Positions 21,948 through 32,202 of a stretch of 64,000 bases of DNA are shown piece after piece. Below the pieces are notes generated by a model. The model searched no databases. It worked only from the letters and a program-made list of their open reading frames with translations, and was not told the DNA's origin. A program made the position numbers and the translations under genes. This stretch comes from a virus (Duplodnaviria; Caudoviricetes), in the IMG/VR virus record IMGVR_UViG_3300035498_000530, positions 96,001-160,000 of that record; one strand, given 5' to 3'. Each line of letters opens with the position of its first letter. Position 1 is the stretch's first letter.

Positions 21948-21960
21948 AGGAGATATTATA

Positions 21961-22689
21961 ATGCATAAATCAAGACAAACTAAAGCTATCGAATATGAAG
22001 AAAAATATGCTAGAGTTCCTAAAGATTTTAGAGAACGATTAGACTGGATGTATGATAAGTATAAAGTTACTGATAAAAAGGCTTTAGAAATTCTGAATAC
22101 CAGAGATTCAATGATACGAGATATGTATTATGAGACTATTAAAGTAATATTATACGAAGATCCAGAAGGAAGTCCAAGACCTAGATTCAGATTGGTTAAT
22201 AGATACAACCTTAGTGATGTTGCAAAGTCTAATTCAAGTTTTGTTCATGTTTATTCTATAACAGGAAAAGAAGATAATGCATACATGAAAAGATTGGTTT
22301 CATCTAAAGACTTTGAGCATCTTGATGGTTTAATATGTACTCCATGTGATGTAGAATATAGGGTATACTTTAAGACTCCTTCATCATTTAATATAACACA
22401 AAAATTCTTATGTGAAATGGGATTAATAAGACACATTGTTAAACCAGACTGGGATAACATAGGCAAGAAATATTCAGACATGTACAATGGTAATGTATGG
22501 ATCGATGATACATTAACTGTAGATGGAACTGTAAGAAAGTTTTATTCTGAATTACCAAGAGTGGAGATAAATTTAATGTATATGAATATGGTATACACTA
22601 AGCAACAGTACAAATCTATAATCAACAGAGTTGATTATAGTGAAGATTTTAATTTAAATTACTTTGGGAGTGAGGATAAATATGTTTAA
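21961..22689 (+). CDS. rusA: RusA-family Holliday junction resolvase
   Basis: PxGSPRPR, KPDWDNIGKKYSD, WIDD and KFYS..PRVEI are RusA signature motifs. Confidence 0.8.
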   Translation: MHKSRQTKAIEYEEKYARVPKDFRERLDWMYDKYKVTDKKALEILNTRDSMIRDMYYETIKVILYEDPEGSPRPRFRLVNRYNLSDVAKSNSSFVHVYSITGKEDNAYMKRLVSSKDFEHLDGLICTPCDVEYRVYFKTPSSFNITQKFLCEMGLIRHIVKPDWDNIGKKYSDMYNGNVWIDDTLTVDGTVRKFYSELPRVEINLMYMNMVYTKQQYKSIINRVDYSEDFNLNYFGSEDKYV

Positions 22690-23062
22690 TATGAGTAATA
22701 TTGGTAAGATCCGAGCTGGTCTTATAGAAGAATTTTATACTAGAGAGATAGTACAAGAAATACAAGCCTGTTTGGAAGATTCAAATGCTATGGTAATATA
22801 TAATGGTTTTTCATTTAATATTGAAACAACTGTTGAGAATGCTAAGAATGTTATTACGGCATTCGAATCTAAATTGCAGGAACTATTAAAGAATGCAAAT
22901 AGAAATGAAATTATAAACTTTATTATTGATGAAGAATCAGATCGAAATTTGTATTATCAGATTTTTGATTATGTTATAGATAATCCATCATTAATATATT
23001 GTAAGACTTTGATTCCTGCTATGGAATCTACTAATAATATTATAATATACATCAGTTTATAA
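22682..23062 (+). CDS. Hypothetical protein
   Basis: ORF with GAGG 6 nt before the ATG at 22682, overlapping the rusA stop. Confidence 0.6.
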   Translation: MFNMSNIGKIRAGLIEEFYTREIVQEIQACLEDSNAMVIYNGFSFNIETTVENAKNVITAFESKLQELLKNANRNEIINFIIDEESDRNLYYQIFDYVIDNPSLIYCKTLIPAMESTNNIIIYISL

Positions 23063-23069
23063 AAACAAC

Positions 23070-23095
23070 CCCGATTAGGATATTTCCTAATCGGG
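23070..23095. terminator. Bidirectional terminator between convergent genes
   Basis: cccgattagga-tatt-tcctaatcggg with A/T runs on both sides. Confidence 0.85.
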
Positions 23096-23109
23096 TATCT
23101 TTTTGTTTC

Positions 23110-24075
23110 TTAGAGTTCTTCTACAAGATCTCTTATATAGTTTTCATTTACTCTTATCATTTTAGAAGTATTAGCAAGCTCAAGAAGAGTATATGTAAGT
23201 TCACAACTTTCGAGAACCTGATCCATATTGATTCTATTGTTCTCCATATATTCTTTATGCATACTTTCATTCTTAATAGCCTGTTCTGCAGTACTGTAAA
23301 CCATATGCTCAAACAATGTAGTTGGTTTTGAGTTCTTGATCTTATTAATCTTTTCTCTACATACCGCTTTATAACTCTCTTCGAGTTCTTCTTTCTCTTC
23401 ATCTGTGTAATCATCTTCAGAATCAATTTTATCAATCTTATCCTGAGTATCAGCAAGAACATTCTGAATATCCAACTTATACTCAGTATTCTTATTAATA
23501 AACTGAGCAATAGAATCAGATACTCTATTTCTAACTGCAATAATTACATCTTCATTATCAACCTTAGCAAGATCTTCAAAGAAGTCAGATGATGTATCTG
23601 GATCAATATAGTATTCTGTATCATCCTCAGCATCTTCTGTTTCTTCTACAATTCTCTTATAATATTTATTGATAATATTAGCATATTCTGAAAGCATAAG
23701 AGATGCAGTTTTAAATCTTTCAAGAAGTTTATCTGCACCATTCTCATCTACAAAATTTGTTACAAGATGATCTTTTACTACATTATAAGATTCATCACAG
23801 CATTTTTTGCTACAGCTCTTATTAAGAAGATCCTTTATAGCTGTAGTAAGAAGCATTGGTTTAATACCAGCAACAAAGTTACTATGCTTCATTTTCTTTA
23901 CTTCATCATCTATAGATATATTAACTAATCCATCATTATAAGGATTACCATCTTTATCTATTCTTGCATCCTGATTAGGTTCAGAAGATTCATTAATCAA
24001 ACCTTTAACAAATTCCTTTGTAGGCATTGATCTATAACTATATTCAAACTCTTCTTCGTTTGATTTTCTTTTCAT
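23110..24075 (-). CDS. Acidic helical virion/scaffold-like protein
   Basis: RBS AAGGAGG, late-type promoter upstream and several xxE-S motifs (LINES, LEES, KNES, VLES). Confidence 0.5.
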   Translation of the reverse strand: MKRKSNEEEFEYSYRSMPTKEFVKGLINESSEPNQDARIDKDGNPYNDGLVNISIDDEVKKMKHSNFVAGIKPMLLTTAIKDLLNKSCSKKCCDESYNVVKDHLVTNFVDENGADKLLERFKTASLMLSEYANIINKYYKRIVEETEDAEDDTEYYIDPDTSSDFFEDLAKVDNEDVIIAVRNRVSDSIAQFINKNTEYKLDIQNVLADTQDKIDKIDSEDDYTDEEKEELEESYKAVCREKINKIKNSKPTTLFEHMVYSTAEQAIKNESMHKEYMENNRINMDQVLESCELTYTLLELANTSKMIRVNENYIRDLVEEL

Positions 24076-24112
24076 AGATATTTATCCTCCTTTTTAATAT
24101 ATTACTATATTG

Positions 24113-27100
24113 TTAAACTAGTTCTATCACTATATCTGGGGCACTGAATTCATTATTTCTGATATTAAGGAATTCAGGAGTATGATCAAGTTTTCCATCA
24201 TCACCAATATCTTCAATATGTTGACTACCAGGACCATAGTAATCTGTACCAGTAATTTCTTCCACAACACTATGAGTTTTACAAAATCCAGTATTGTTTC
24301 CATTACCATCTACTAAATATATATGACCACCATTTTCATCTGTATCATATTCAATGTATTCCTTTGTAGAAATTACATCATCATAGTTGAATGATACAAA
24401 TTCAAAGTATGTTATATATTCCTGATATTCTGTAGTTACATAAGTTATTATATTAGGAATATGAATATCTCCAACTTCATCTAAGTCTTCAACATATTCC
24501 TTTATATAATCCTTGATATTATCAATTATATTAGCATAAGAGTTATTTATAAGCTTAAGTCTAAACTTAAGTGTTATATCTACTCTATTTATAGGTATAG
24601 CTTCTTCACTATTATAAGAAATATAGTATCTATTAGAAGGACCATATGTATTGAAGAATTTGAAGTCTATATCAAGAGCATCTTCAAGAATTTCAAGACA
24701 ATATTCAATATAACTTCTCTTAGTTTCCAGAGCTTCAATAAATTCCTTCATCATAGATTCAGCTGTACTATTATCTGTTCCTTTGTTGATATAGCTATCA
24801 CTTATAACTGGCATATTTCTTATAAATCTAGTCTTTATAGTAGTACCAGATTCAGACTCTTCTTCATTTATAGCTATTTCAGATTCCATAATATTAGTGA
24901 AGTTATGATAGAACTCCAATCCATCTACTATAGAATATACATTAGTTAAAGCATAGTTATTATTAAGAAAAGATTTATTATTACCAGTAATATCTATGAT
25001 CTCATTCAAGATCTCGGCATCATCTGGTTTATTAATATCTACATATGACAATGGTGGTTCTCTAAGCATTACAAATATTCTTACATTTACATTTGGTTCG
25101 AATGCTTCTGCAGAAGAAGAACAACTCATTTCAATACTCATTTTAGGGAAATTAAAGTATTCATCTTTTGGTATCAAAAGATTACTTCTTAATTCTTTTC
25201 TTTCTCCATCTACATATTCTTGTCTGTTTATTATATTGATTCTGTTATTTTCAGTAACCTGATCATCTGTATAGAAATCAAATTTAAAGCTATATGTGAA
25301 ACTCTCTGAATCATAATCAGTAAGTTCACCAACACTATATCTCAATGGTGAAGTATATCCTGTATCATCTGTAGCATAAAATACTGCTATAGCAACTATA
25401 GAATTTATATCTTTTATATCAGTCCATTGAGATTCTGTAGAACTATCTATATTATAGTCTGTAGAATATATTCCAGATTTTTCATCATATTTAATAAGAC
25501 CAAAATCACTTCCGATATTTTGAAGAAGGTCTACATTTAATGTATACTTAAATATATTACCAAATTCTGATATTTCATCACTAAATGGAGTAATTATATC
25601 AGAATCCTTATCTCCGACTTCTGAGAATTCTCTAATCCATTGAGCTGTTGTAGCAACGAACTGTAATGTGGTATTAGAGTTTATATAATCAAAGGTAAGT
25701 TCCTTAGTTGTATCCATTGTGGTAAGATAGTAAGATACATAATTTTCATCTATGTTTATATCACAAAGGAATGGTGATATATAGACATATGCGCTTGGAT
25801 TTAGTTGTTTCACAGTTATATTTCCATCATCATTTACATATACCTCTTCATCAATATAATCTGTTGTATTTGCAAAATGTGCATAAGTATCTCCAGGGTT
25901 AAGATATATTCTTCTCTTTCCTGGATTTACTGTAATCTTATCTAATATCTCTCCGCCTGGGGCTATCATATCTTTTGGAAGCTCTATATTAAGAGTATTA
26001 GTTGGAATTATATTTCCAAAACTATTTCTTAACAGCATAAATGCATAATAGATTACTTCTCTAAGATTATGCCTTTTCTTATAGAAGTATAACTTGCTAT
26101 CATCATCAGATAATGAGTTAAAGAAGTTCTCAAGATCTGTTGTATTAGTTACACTACCTCTGGCTAAGGCTTCTTTTGCTATAGCTTTCTTAATTACATC
26201 TATAGACTTTTTATCAGAACCAAATTCACTACCAGTCTGAGGAGATAATGCAATATATAATCCACTGTAGTCATATTCATTAGACTCAAGTCTAACAGCA
26301 ACATCAGTTTCATAATTAAAGTTTGCACTTGCTCCCTGAGTAAGATATGAATGTATAGTTACATCGGCATTTAATGTTGGTTCATATGAATCTCTATTGA
26401 ATTTTACTCTTATAGTATTTTCATCTATATAAGTATAATTACAATATAATTCTGTTGTAGTAGTATAAGTTCCTTCATATACAGGAGTAAGATATATAGG
26501 ATTGTCTTCTCCAGTTTCTTCTACTTCTACATAAAAATCAGCAAGCTGTTGATCAAATTCAAATGTAATAATCTTATTCTCTATAGGATTAGTAGTAAGA
26601 ATCTTTCTTGTTACATCATATAATTCTACTTGCCTGATTTGTACCAATGGTATAGCAACCATTGTTTGAGAACCAGAAAGATTAATTCTGCTTACAGATG
26701 CAAGATAAGGATTAGTAATATCAGATAAAGTATTTACTTTATCTATTATATATCTTGCTGAATATGTGTAAGTTACAGAATTATCATTTGTTATGTATTT
26801 ATCTGGTCTACCTGCACGTCTTGTTATAAGTATATCATAATCTGTATGATATTCGTATCCTTCGATTATGATTGGCACTTTATGACTAAATAAGAATTGA
26901 TCTGCAGTTCCTGTATTACCCATCTTCTTAGATAATTCATCTTCTGGGAAGCACATAAGAACTACCATTCTAGCTGGTACAGCATTGATATTACTCATAC
27001 CCATAGATAAGGCATGAGTCATTATATTCTTTTCAAATTTAGCTTTAGTTGGTATTGCTTCATTACAATATTGAGATGCGACTCTAATAGCATTTTGAAG

Positions 27101-27244
27101 TTCATTAGAGAACATAGCTGACATGTATCCATAGATACCCATCATCAGTGTTTCTTCTGTTTCATCTTCTACATACTTTTGTTTTATTTGCTCTACATAT
27201 TCTGCAATATCATATATATCTGCACTTAAATAACTATCCGCCAC
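24113..27244 (-). CDS. Baseplate wedge-like protein
   Basis: 1043 aa. The N-terminal NEAIPTKAKFEKNI..A..PA motif, TQGASANF and GSDKKSIDVIKK..RGSVTNTTDL resemble the T4 gp6/baseplate J fold. Structural context agrees. Confidence 0.65.
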   Translation of the reverse strand: MADSYLSADIYDIAEYVEQIKQKYVEDETEETLMMGIYGYMSAMFSNELQNAIRVASQYCNEAIPTKAKFEKNIMTHALSMGMSNINAVPARMVVLMCFPEDELSKKMGNTGTADQFLFSHKVPIIIEGYEYHTDYDILITRRAGRPDKYITNDNSVTYTYSARYIIDKVNTLSDITNPYLASVSRINLSGSQTMVAIPLVQIRQVELYDVTRKILTTNPIENKIITFEFDQQLADFYVEVEETGEDNPIYLTPVYEGTYTTTTELYCNYTYIDENTIRVKFNRDSYEPTLNADVTIHSYLTQGASANFNYETDVAVRLESNEYDYSGLYIALSPQTGSEFGSDKKSIDVIKKAIAKEALARGSVTNTTDLENFFNSLSDDDSKLYFYKKRHNLREVIYYAFMLLRNSFGNIIPTNTLNIELPKDMIAPGGEILDKITVNPGKRRIYLNPGDTYAHFANTTDYIDEEVYVNDDGNITVKQLNPSAYVYISPFLCDINIDENYVSYYLTTMDTTKELTFDYINSNTTLQFVATTAQWIREFSEVGDKDSDIITPFSDEISEFGNIFKYTLNVDLLQNIGSDFGLIKYDEKSGIYSTDYNIDSSTESQWTDIKDINSIVAIAVFYATDDTGYTSPLRYSVGELTDYDSESFTYSFKFDFYTDDQVTENNRINIINRQEYVDGERKELRSNLLIPKDEYFNFPKMSIEMSCSSSAEAFEPNVNVRIFVMLREPPLSYVDINKPDDAEILNEIIDITGNNKSFLNNNYALTNVYSIVDGLEFYHNFTNIMESEIAINEEESESGTTIKTRFIRNMPVISDSYINKGTDNSTAESMMKEFIEALETKRSYIEYCLEILEDALDIDFKFFNTYGPSNRYYISYNSEEAIPINRVDITLKFRLKLINNSYANIIDNIKDYIKEYVEDLDEVGDIHIPNIITYVTTEYQEYITYFEFVSFNYDDVISTKEYIEYDTDENGGHIYLVDGNGNNTGFCKTHSVVEEITGTDYYGPGSQHIEDIGDDGKLDHTPEFLNIRNNEFSAPDIVIELV

Positions 27245-27248
27245 AATA

Positions 27249-28316
27249 TCACCTCCATCTTAATCTATATATTCTAGCTTCATCTACTGAAGCATCATTA
27301 TCTCTTGTTACATACGGAACAGTACACCATTCACCATTTACAGAACCTATCTCAGTATCATATAATGGTATATCTGTTGTATCTGTTGATATATTATTTG
27401 TTAGAGAATTAAACTCTGCTAATATGATAGGATCACTATCTTCAACATAAGTAGCTTTAAATGGAACTGTAAACTTTAATCCATTTGTACTAGAAGTCAT
27501 ATCTGAGAATGCATCTCTAGGAGCACCCAATGGCATAACTCCAGTAAGTTTAGCAAAGAATAATATTGTATATCCATCATTATCTACGATGAACTTATAT
27601 ACACTAAATTGGTCATGTAATATCTTTTGTAAAGTATAACCTTGGTCTGGCACTGTTACAAGACCATCTGCCTTTACTCTTTGATATTCATCATATATTT
27701 TGAATAGCATATATACTGTAAGATCTCTACAATCTTCGAATTCTAGAGAAAATTCATGATCATGATCAGAAGCTACAGATGTTTTTCTATAGAAAATTTT
27801 ATTACCATCTATAGTCTGAGAAGTTTCAAAGAAACCACCAGTTAACGTAGGTAGTTCCAATGATGTTGTACTTGATAAACAATTGGTAAGTAGATTCATA
27901 AATGGAGAATATGTATCTACTTTAGAGTCCCAACCATTTGATGTGGTAGCAGCACCACCACGATATACACTATACTGTAACTGTTTCATTACAGCTCTAT
28001 ATCTTTTATGACAATCTCTGAAGAAGTTCATTCTGCTTAATTCTTCATTTAATTCTTCAGTACCAGGGGTAAATAAATGTAAATCTGGCTTGGTAAAGAA
28101 TATATATTCTCTTGTATTTGTAATAGATATATTTGGTGTCATAGAACCAAATCTTTTAAATGCACTATACCACCTGTTAGCAGTATAAGAATCAGAATAT
28201 ATACCGTTACTACGTTCTATTCTATTAAAAAGATCATCATCAGTAAACATGTTTTTTAAGGAAGTATTTCCATAAAAAGATGGTGATGTATATACACCAT
28301 TAGAATCTATAGGCAT
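27249..28316 (-). CDS. Tail-tube-fold virion structural protein
   Basis: YIFFTKPDL, FSLEFED and KLTGVMP..P motifs. Late promoter and RBS upstream. Confidence 0.5.
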   Translation of the reverse strand: MPIDSNGVYTSPSFYGNTSLKNMFTDDDLFNRIERSNGIYSDSYTANRWYSAFKRFGSMTPNISITNTREYIFFTKPDLHLFTPGTEELNEELSRMNFFRDCHKRYRAVMKQLQYSVYRGGAATTSNGWDSKVDTYSPFMNLLTNCLSSTTSLELPTLTGGFFETSQTIDGNKIFYRKTSVASDHDHEFSLEFEDCRDLTVYMLFKIYDEYQRVKADGLVTVPDQGYTLQKILHDQFSVYKFIVDNDGYTILFFAKLTGVMPLGAPRDAFSDMTSSTNGLKFTVPFKATYVEDSDPIILAEFNSLTNNISTDTTDIPLYDTEIGSVNGEWCTVPYVTRDNDASVDEARIYRLRWR

Positions 28317-28502
28317 TATATTATCTCCTTTCTTAATAGTATTTAATATGATGTTGACTGTAGCAAAATTGCCCTAAAAATAATATTAAATACATATTAT
28401 AACTTTGAATTAATAGACAAATGTATCTATTGGATGTCAGATCTCCGCATACAAAAAATTGTTGTAACAATAATATTCTAAATAAAAAGGAGACTGATAA
28501 AA

Positions 28503-28775
28503 ATGAGATTATCAAATGCAAATGGATTTCTTGGAGAATTATGGAGTGCTATAAATGATGGAGCAATGGGAGGAAGTTATGATGTACCAGAAAGACCACA
28601 ACAGATTACTGTAGTAGAAAAGAAAGAAGAAAGTAATCCTGTGAGTATGGAAGGTATTGAACAACTTGTCAGTGCTATATCTGAATCTACAAGAAAAGCG
28701 GCAGAAATCGGAGCTACCGATGACAATAGAGTTTTAATTGTTAATAACTTTAATTTTATTTTCTGTAAGAAGTAA
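28503..28775 (+). CDS. Small hypothetical protein (early-type)
   Basis: AAGGAG RBS, with TACATATTATAA motif upstream. Confidence 0.65.
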   Translation: MRLSNANGFLGELWSAINDGAMGGSYDVPERPQQITVVEKKEESNPVSMEGIEQLVSAISESTRKAAEIGATDDNRVLIVNNFNFIFCKK

Positions 28776-28877
28776 TACAATTAGATAATTGGTAGATGCA
28801 TTTGTTTATTTTTTCTATTATATATTATAAAGATGTAACCTAGAGTTACAATACTACAATGGGAGGAAGTAGTATAT

Positions 28878-29192
28878 ATGGAAGAAAAAATTCCAAAATA
28901 TATTGATCTGGAAAAGCAGATTATGTATAATTCTGCTGAACTAGCAACAATATATAATACTGGAAAAGATCTACTTTTTTTAAAAGAGAAAGAGGATGAA
29001 TTCCTTAGCAGTATAAAGGAAGATTTTCATACTCTTTCTTCTGAAGAACAGTTGTATGTTCTTATAATAATGGAAGGTCCATATAGATGCTTGTTTGTAG
29101 AGCAGAATACAAACTCTATTGGATCTGGTTATTATAAGAAGCAGTATGAGCTACTAAAGGAGGTATACAATACAAGCTCGAATTTAGTTTAA
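28878..29192 (+). CDS. Small hypothetical protein (early-type)
   Basis: GGAGG RBS, with TATATATTATAA motif upstream. Confidence 0.65.
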   Translation: MEEKIPKYIDLEKQIMYNSAELATIYNTGKDLLFLKEKEDEFLSSIKEDFHTLSSEEQLYVLIIMEGPYRCLFVEQNTNSIGSGYYKKQYELLKEVYNTSSNLV

Positions 29193-29231
29193 GGGAAGTA
29201 CAAAAAATAAAACTTATGGAGGAAACTTAAG

Positions 29232-29579
29232 ATGCTTTGTGATATTAAAGGAATTGCAGAAACAGAAAAGGAAATAGAATTAATAGCTACAATACAGGAA
29301 AACATAAATAAGCTAAATAACCAAGGCGGAACAGATAAAGAGGCTTTGGATATGGCAGAAGATTTAAAGAAGAAATTCTTTGATTCTAAAGAATGTACTA
29401 GTATATTCTTATACCTATTGTACAAATATTTAACTCCAAAAGATTCAAATGCAGAAATAATAAATCTTTTAGGACATGAAGCAAAAGTATACATACAGAG
29501 TATTACTGGTATTCTGTATGAAGATTATAAATACAAATTGAGCAGAGGGGCTACATATGTAAGTAGAGCAATATTCTAA
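29232..29579 (+). CDS. Small hypothetical protein
   Basis: GGAGG RBS; followed by a terminator. Confidence 0.65.
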   Translation: MLCDIKGIAETEKEIELIATIQENINKLNNQGGTDKEALDMAEDLKKKFFDSKECTSIFLYLLYKYLTPKDSNAEIINLLGHEAKVYIQSITGILYEDYKYKLSRGATYVSRAIF

Positions 29580-29597
29580 TGCTTATAGGGTTCACAT

Positions 29598-29632
29598 GGA
29601 GATGCTATTATTTGCATCTCCTTTTATTTTTT
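29598..29632 (+). terminator. Intrinsic terminator
   Basis: ggagatgc / gcatctcc stem followed by ttttatttttt. Confidence 0.8.
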
Positions 29633-29650
29633 GTCTTATTAGCCCCTATT

Positions 29651-29679
29651 AACATTATTCTAGAAAGAACATATTATTA
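29651..29679 (+). promoter_or_regulatory. Two tandem late-type phage promoters AACA-N6-TA
   Basis: AACA-TTATTC-TA (29651) and AACA-TATTAT-TA (29668) upstream of a structural operon. Confidence 0.7.
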
Positions 29680-29707
29680 AATTAAAAGATAAAGGAGGTA
29701 AACCTTA

Positions 29708-31006
29708 ATGAGTAGTACAGAGTACATACATGAAACTATAATTAAAGATATAGTTGATGTTGCTACTGATGTAAAAGATATGGATGAAATAAAAGGCTTT
29801 CTCAAAGGTAGAGGATCTTCATATAAATCTATAGCGCATGCATCAGAAGAGTTAACATTAGTATTTCCAGTAATATGTACTAGAAATATGGATATAACAA
29901 ATGCTCAGATGATTTCTAAAGCAATAGAAAGAAAATGTACAATAATGCTTCAAATATTGTTTAATTCTGTTGCTTATTCTGACTATAGTAATGCACAAGA
30001 GTATATATCAAAATTCCATACTAATATAAAGCTTAGTAATAATTTTGATCTTGATGAATTCTTAGATGCTACAGAAAAGCTTTTGCCAGAATCTGCAGAT
30101 ATGACCAATAGTAAATGGGCAATGAATCAGATTAAAGAATCTTTGATAGCTGATAGAGATAGATATAAGAATGTCTATGCTCCAGAAAATGTTTCTGAAA
30201 ATGCTATAAATGATTATAAGATTTTGAATAACATGTATGGTGATAATAATGTTGTTCTTAATAAAGTAACTACTAATGAAGGATCAGCACAAGATGTTAG
30301 TGCTTCAATCAAAGCTCAAAAAGACAATCAGGATATATTAAGAAATCAGATAATAGATACTGATATAAAAAAGGCTAATGAGCTTATTCCTACAACTATG
30401 GTTGTAAACTTTATGTCATATAAAAATGGTGCAGTAATACCAACACAATGCATTGTTGGTGTTAAAGCTAAGCTGTATCCAGCAGCTAGTGAAGATATAG
30501 TAAGTCATCTCTCTGGTAAATATTCTGATAATAATAAACTTAATAAGTTTGTCAGAGCAACAACAAGAGAGATTTCATTCTTTAAAGATTTTTTGTTTGC
30601 TATTGATAAAGCAAAGTTTGATGCTATTTCCTCTGCAGATAGAAGTTCTTCTGCTAAGATGTGGAGAGTTCTTGAAAGAAGATCTAAGAAGAGTAAATTA
30701 AGAAGAGCTATGGGCTCAAAGAATGATGCAAGCGCAATAACAACTCTTGTTGTAAATCAAGAAGAGATTGAATATGCAAAGAAGATGTATAATATTGACT
30801 TTTCAAATCCTGCGGTTATTAGAGGAATAATGGAATCTTATAACCTTATGTGTTTTGTAATCGTTGATGAAGTAAATGAATATGCTAAGTTCTTATTTGA
30901 TACTGGTGAAGATTCATTTGAGACTCTTTCCTTTAGTAGTCTTGAAAGAGAATCTTCTGATAGTACATATAAGAAAGTAGTAAACCTTATGACTAAAATG
31001 AAATAA
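29708..31006 (+). CDS. Virion structural protein (head-associated, function unknown)
   Basis: 432-aa ORF with strong RBS and late promoters, inside the structural cluster. Confidence 0.55.
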   Translation: MSSTEYIHETIIKDIVDVATDVKDMDEIKGFLKGRGSSYKSIAHASEELTLVFPVICTRNMDITNAQMISKAIERKCTIMLQILFNSVAYSDYSNAQEYISKFHTNIKLSNNFDLDEFLDATEKLLPESADMTNSKWAMNQIKESLIADRDRYKNVYAPENVSENAINDYKILNNMYGDNNVVLNKVTTNEGSAQDVSASIKAQKDNQDILRNQIIDTDIKKANELIPTTMVVNFMSYKNGAVIPTQCIVGVKAKLYPAASEDIVSHLSGKYSDNNKLNKFVRATTREISFFKDFLFAIDKAKFDAISSADRSSSAKMWRVLERRSKKSKLRRAMGSKNDASAITTLVVNQEEIEYAKKMYNIDFSNPAVIRGIMESYNLMCFVIVDEVNEYAKFLFDTGEDSFETLSFSSLERESSDSTYKKVVNLMTKMK

Positions 31007-31024
31007 TAAGGGAGGTAAACCTAT

Positions 31025-32050
31025 ATGTTTCAGAATTCTCAAACGGCGTTTGATCATGTTGTAATGGAACATTTTGATATCATGGATAATGAAACAAGAA
31101 CTGTTCTTATGAATATAGACGAAGCAGATCAAACACAAGTTCTGGTATCATTAACTTCTAAATTATATGAAGCTATAGTTGAAAAAGTAGATGATATAGA
31201 TTTTGGTGATATTCCTGCAACTAAGGGTGATATCACAAAATTGCCTAATTATGAAAAGTTAGTTGATTCTCTTAATATAATGGAAGAATTGATTACAAAG
31301 ATGGGTCAGAAACCTGACGCTATTATAACTATAAGCAATGCTATAGAAAATATAAAATTAAGAAAATCTATATTCGAGAAAGGATATAGACTTAATCTTG
31401 AGTTACCTATGATGATTTATAGTACTATGACACTTGCATGTATTAGTGCTACATCATATATGATTTCTACATGTATTGACTTTATCAAAACCCCTAATCA
31501 GGATGGTTTTGAAATATCTCTTAATAAAGTAGCTCTTGCTAAGAGTAAAGAGCACTTATTATTTGATAATCTCAGGAAGTTCAATGAATCTTGTAAGAAA
31601 GGTGACATTGATAGAGTTCTTGAGTATACTATAAGTAAGAATGTAAAAGGCTTTGTTGGTACAGCTAGTGGTACTGGTGTATTTGTTGCTACTGTAGCTA
31701 TAACAGCATTAGCTCTTTCTATTATTCCTATGATAAGAGAACTTATTTTCTTCTTCTTCTACAGCAGAACCAGAGTATCTCAGTATTTCGATCTTCAGGC
31801 AGATCTCTTGCAGATGAATGCTCATAATATTGAAATAAATGGTACTCAGGATAAAGAGACTAAGAAGAAGATAACAAGTAAGCAGATGGGAATAGTTAAG
31901 GTATTTAGAAATATTGCTAACTTCTTTGCTATTAAAGGTAAAACTGCTGAGACAGAAGCTCACAAGGAAATTACTAATAATACAAAGAAATATAAAATTG
32001 ATGATGTAGTAGAAACAAGACCAGACTCTGCTGCAGACTCATTATTCTAA
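31025..32050 (+). CDS. Virion protein with a hydrophobic, possibly membrane-spanning segment
   Basis: GTGVFVATVAITALALSIIPMIRELIFFFFY segment; GGAGG RBS. Confidence 0.55.
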   Translation: MFQNSQTAFDHVVMEHFDIMDNETRTVLMNIDEADQTQVLVSLTSKLYEAIVEKVDDIDFGDIPATKGDITKLPNYEKLVDSLNIMEELITKMGQKPDAIITISNAIENIKLRKSIFEKGYRLNLELPMMIYSTMTLACISATSYMISTCIDFIKTPNQDGFEISLNKVALAKSKEHLLFDNLRKFNESCKKGDIDRVLEYTISKNVKGFVGTASGTGVFVATVAITALALSIIPMIRELIFFFFYSRTRVSQYFDLQADLLQMNAHNIEINGTQDKETKKKITSKQMGIVKVFRNIANFFAIKGKTAETEAHKEITNNTKKYKIDDVVETRPDSAADSLF

Positions 32051-32076
32051 GGGATCAATCACGATCTAAGTATATA

Positions 32077-32088
32077 AACATATTAATA
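32077..32088 (+). promoter_or_regulatory. Late-type promoter AACA-TATTAA-TA
   Basis: Exact motif upstream of the head-protein paralog cluster. Confidence 0.7.
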
Positions 32089-32145
32089 AAAATCTTACAT
32101 TTATAAGTCCGCTGTATATGGATATAGTGTAAGAGTTAATATATT

Positions 32146-32202
32146 ATAAATAATATTAAAGGAGGAAAATATAATGGGATTATTTTCTAAAAATGATTAT
32201 AT
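32146..32202 (+). repeat. 57-bp perfect direct repeat, copy 1 (RBS + first 10 codons)
   Basis: ataaataatattaaaggaggaaaatataATGggattattttctaaaaatgattatat, identical to 33445-33501. Confidence 0.95.
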
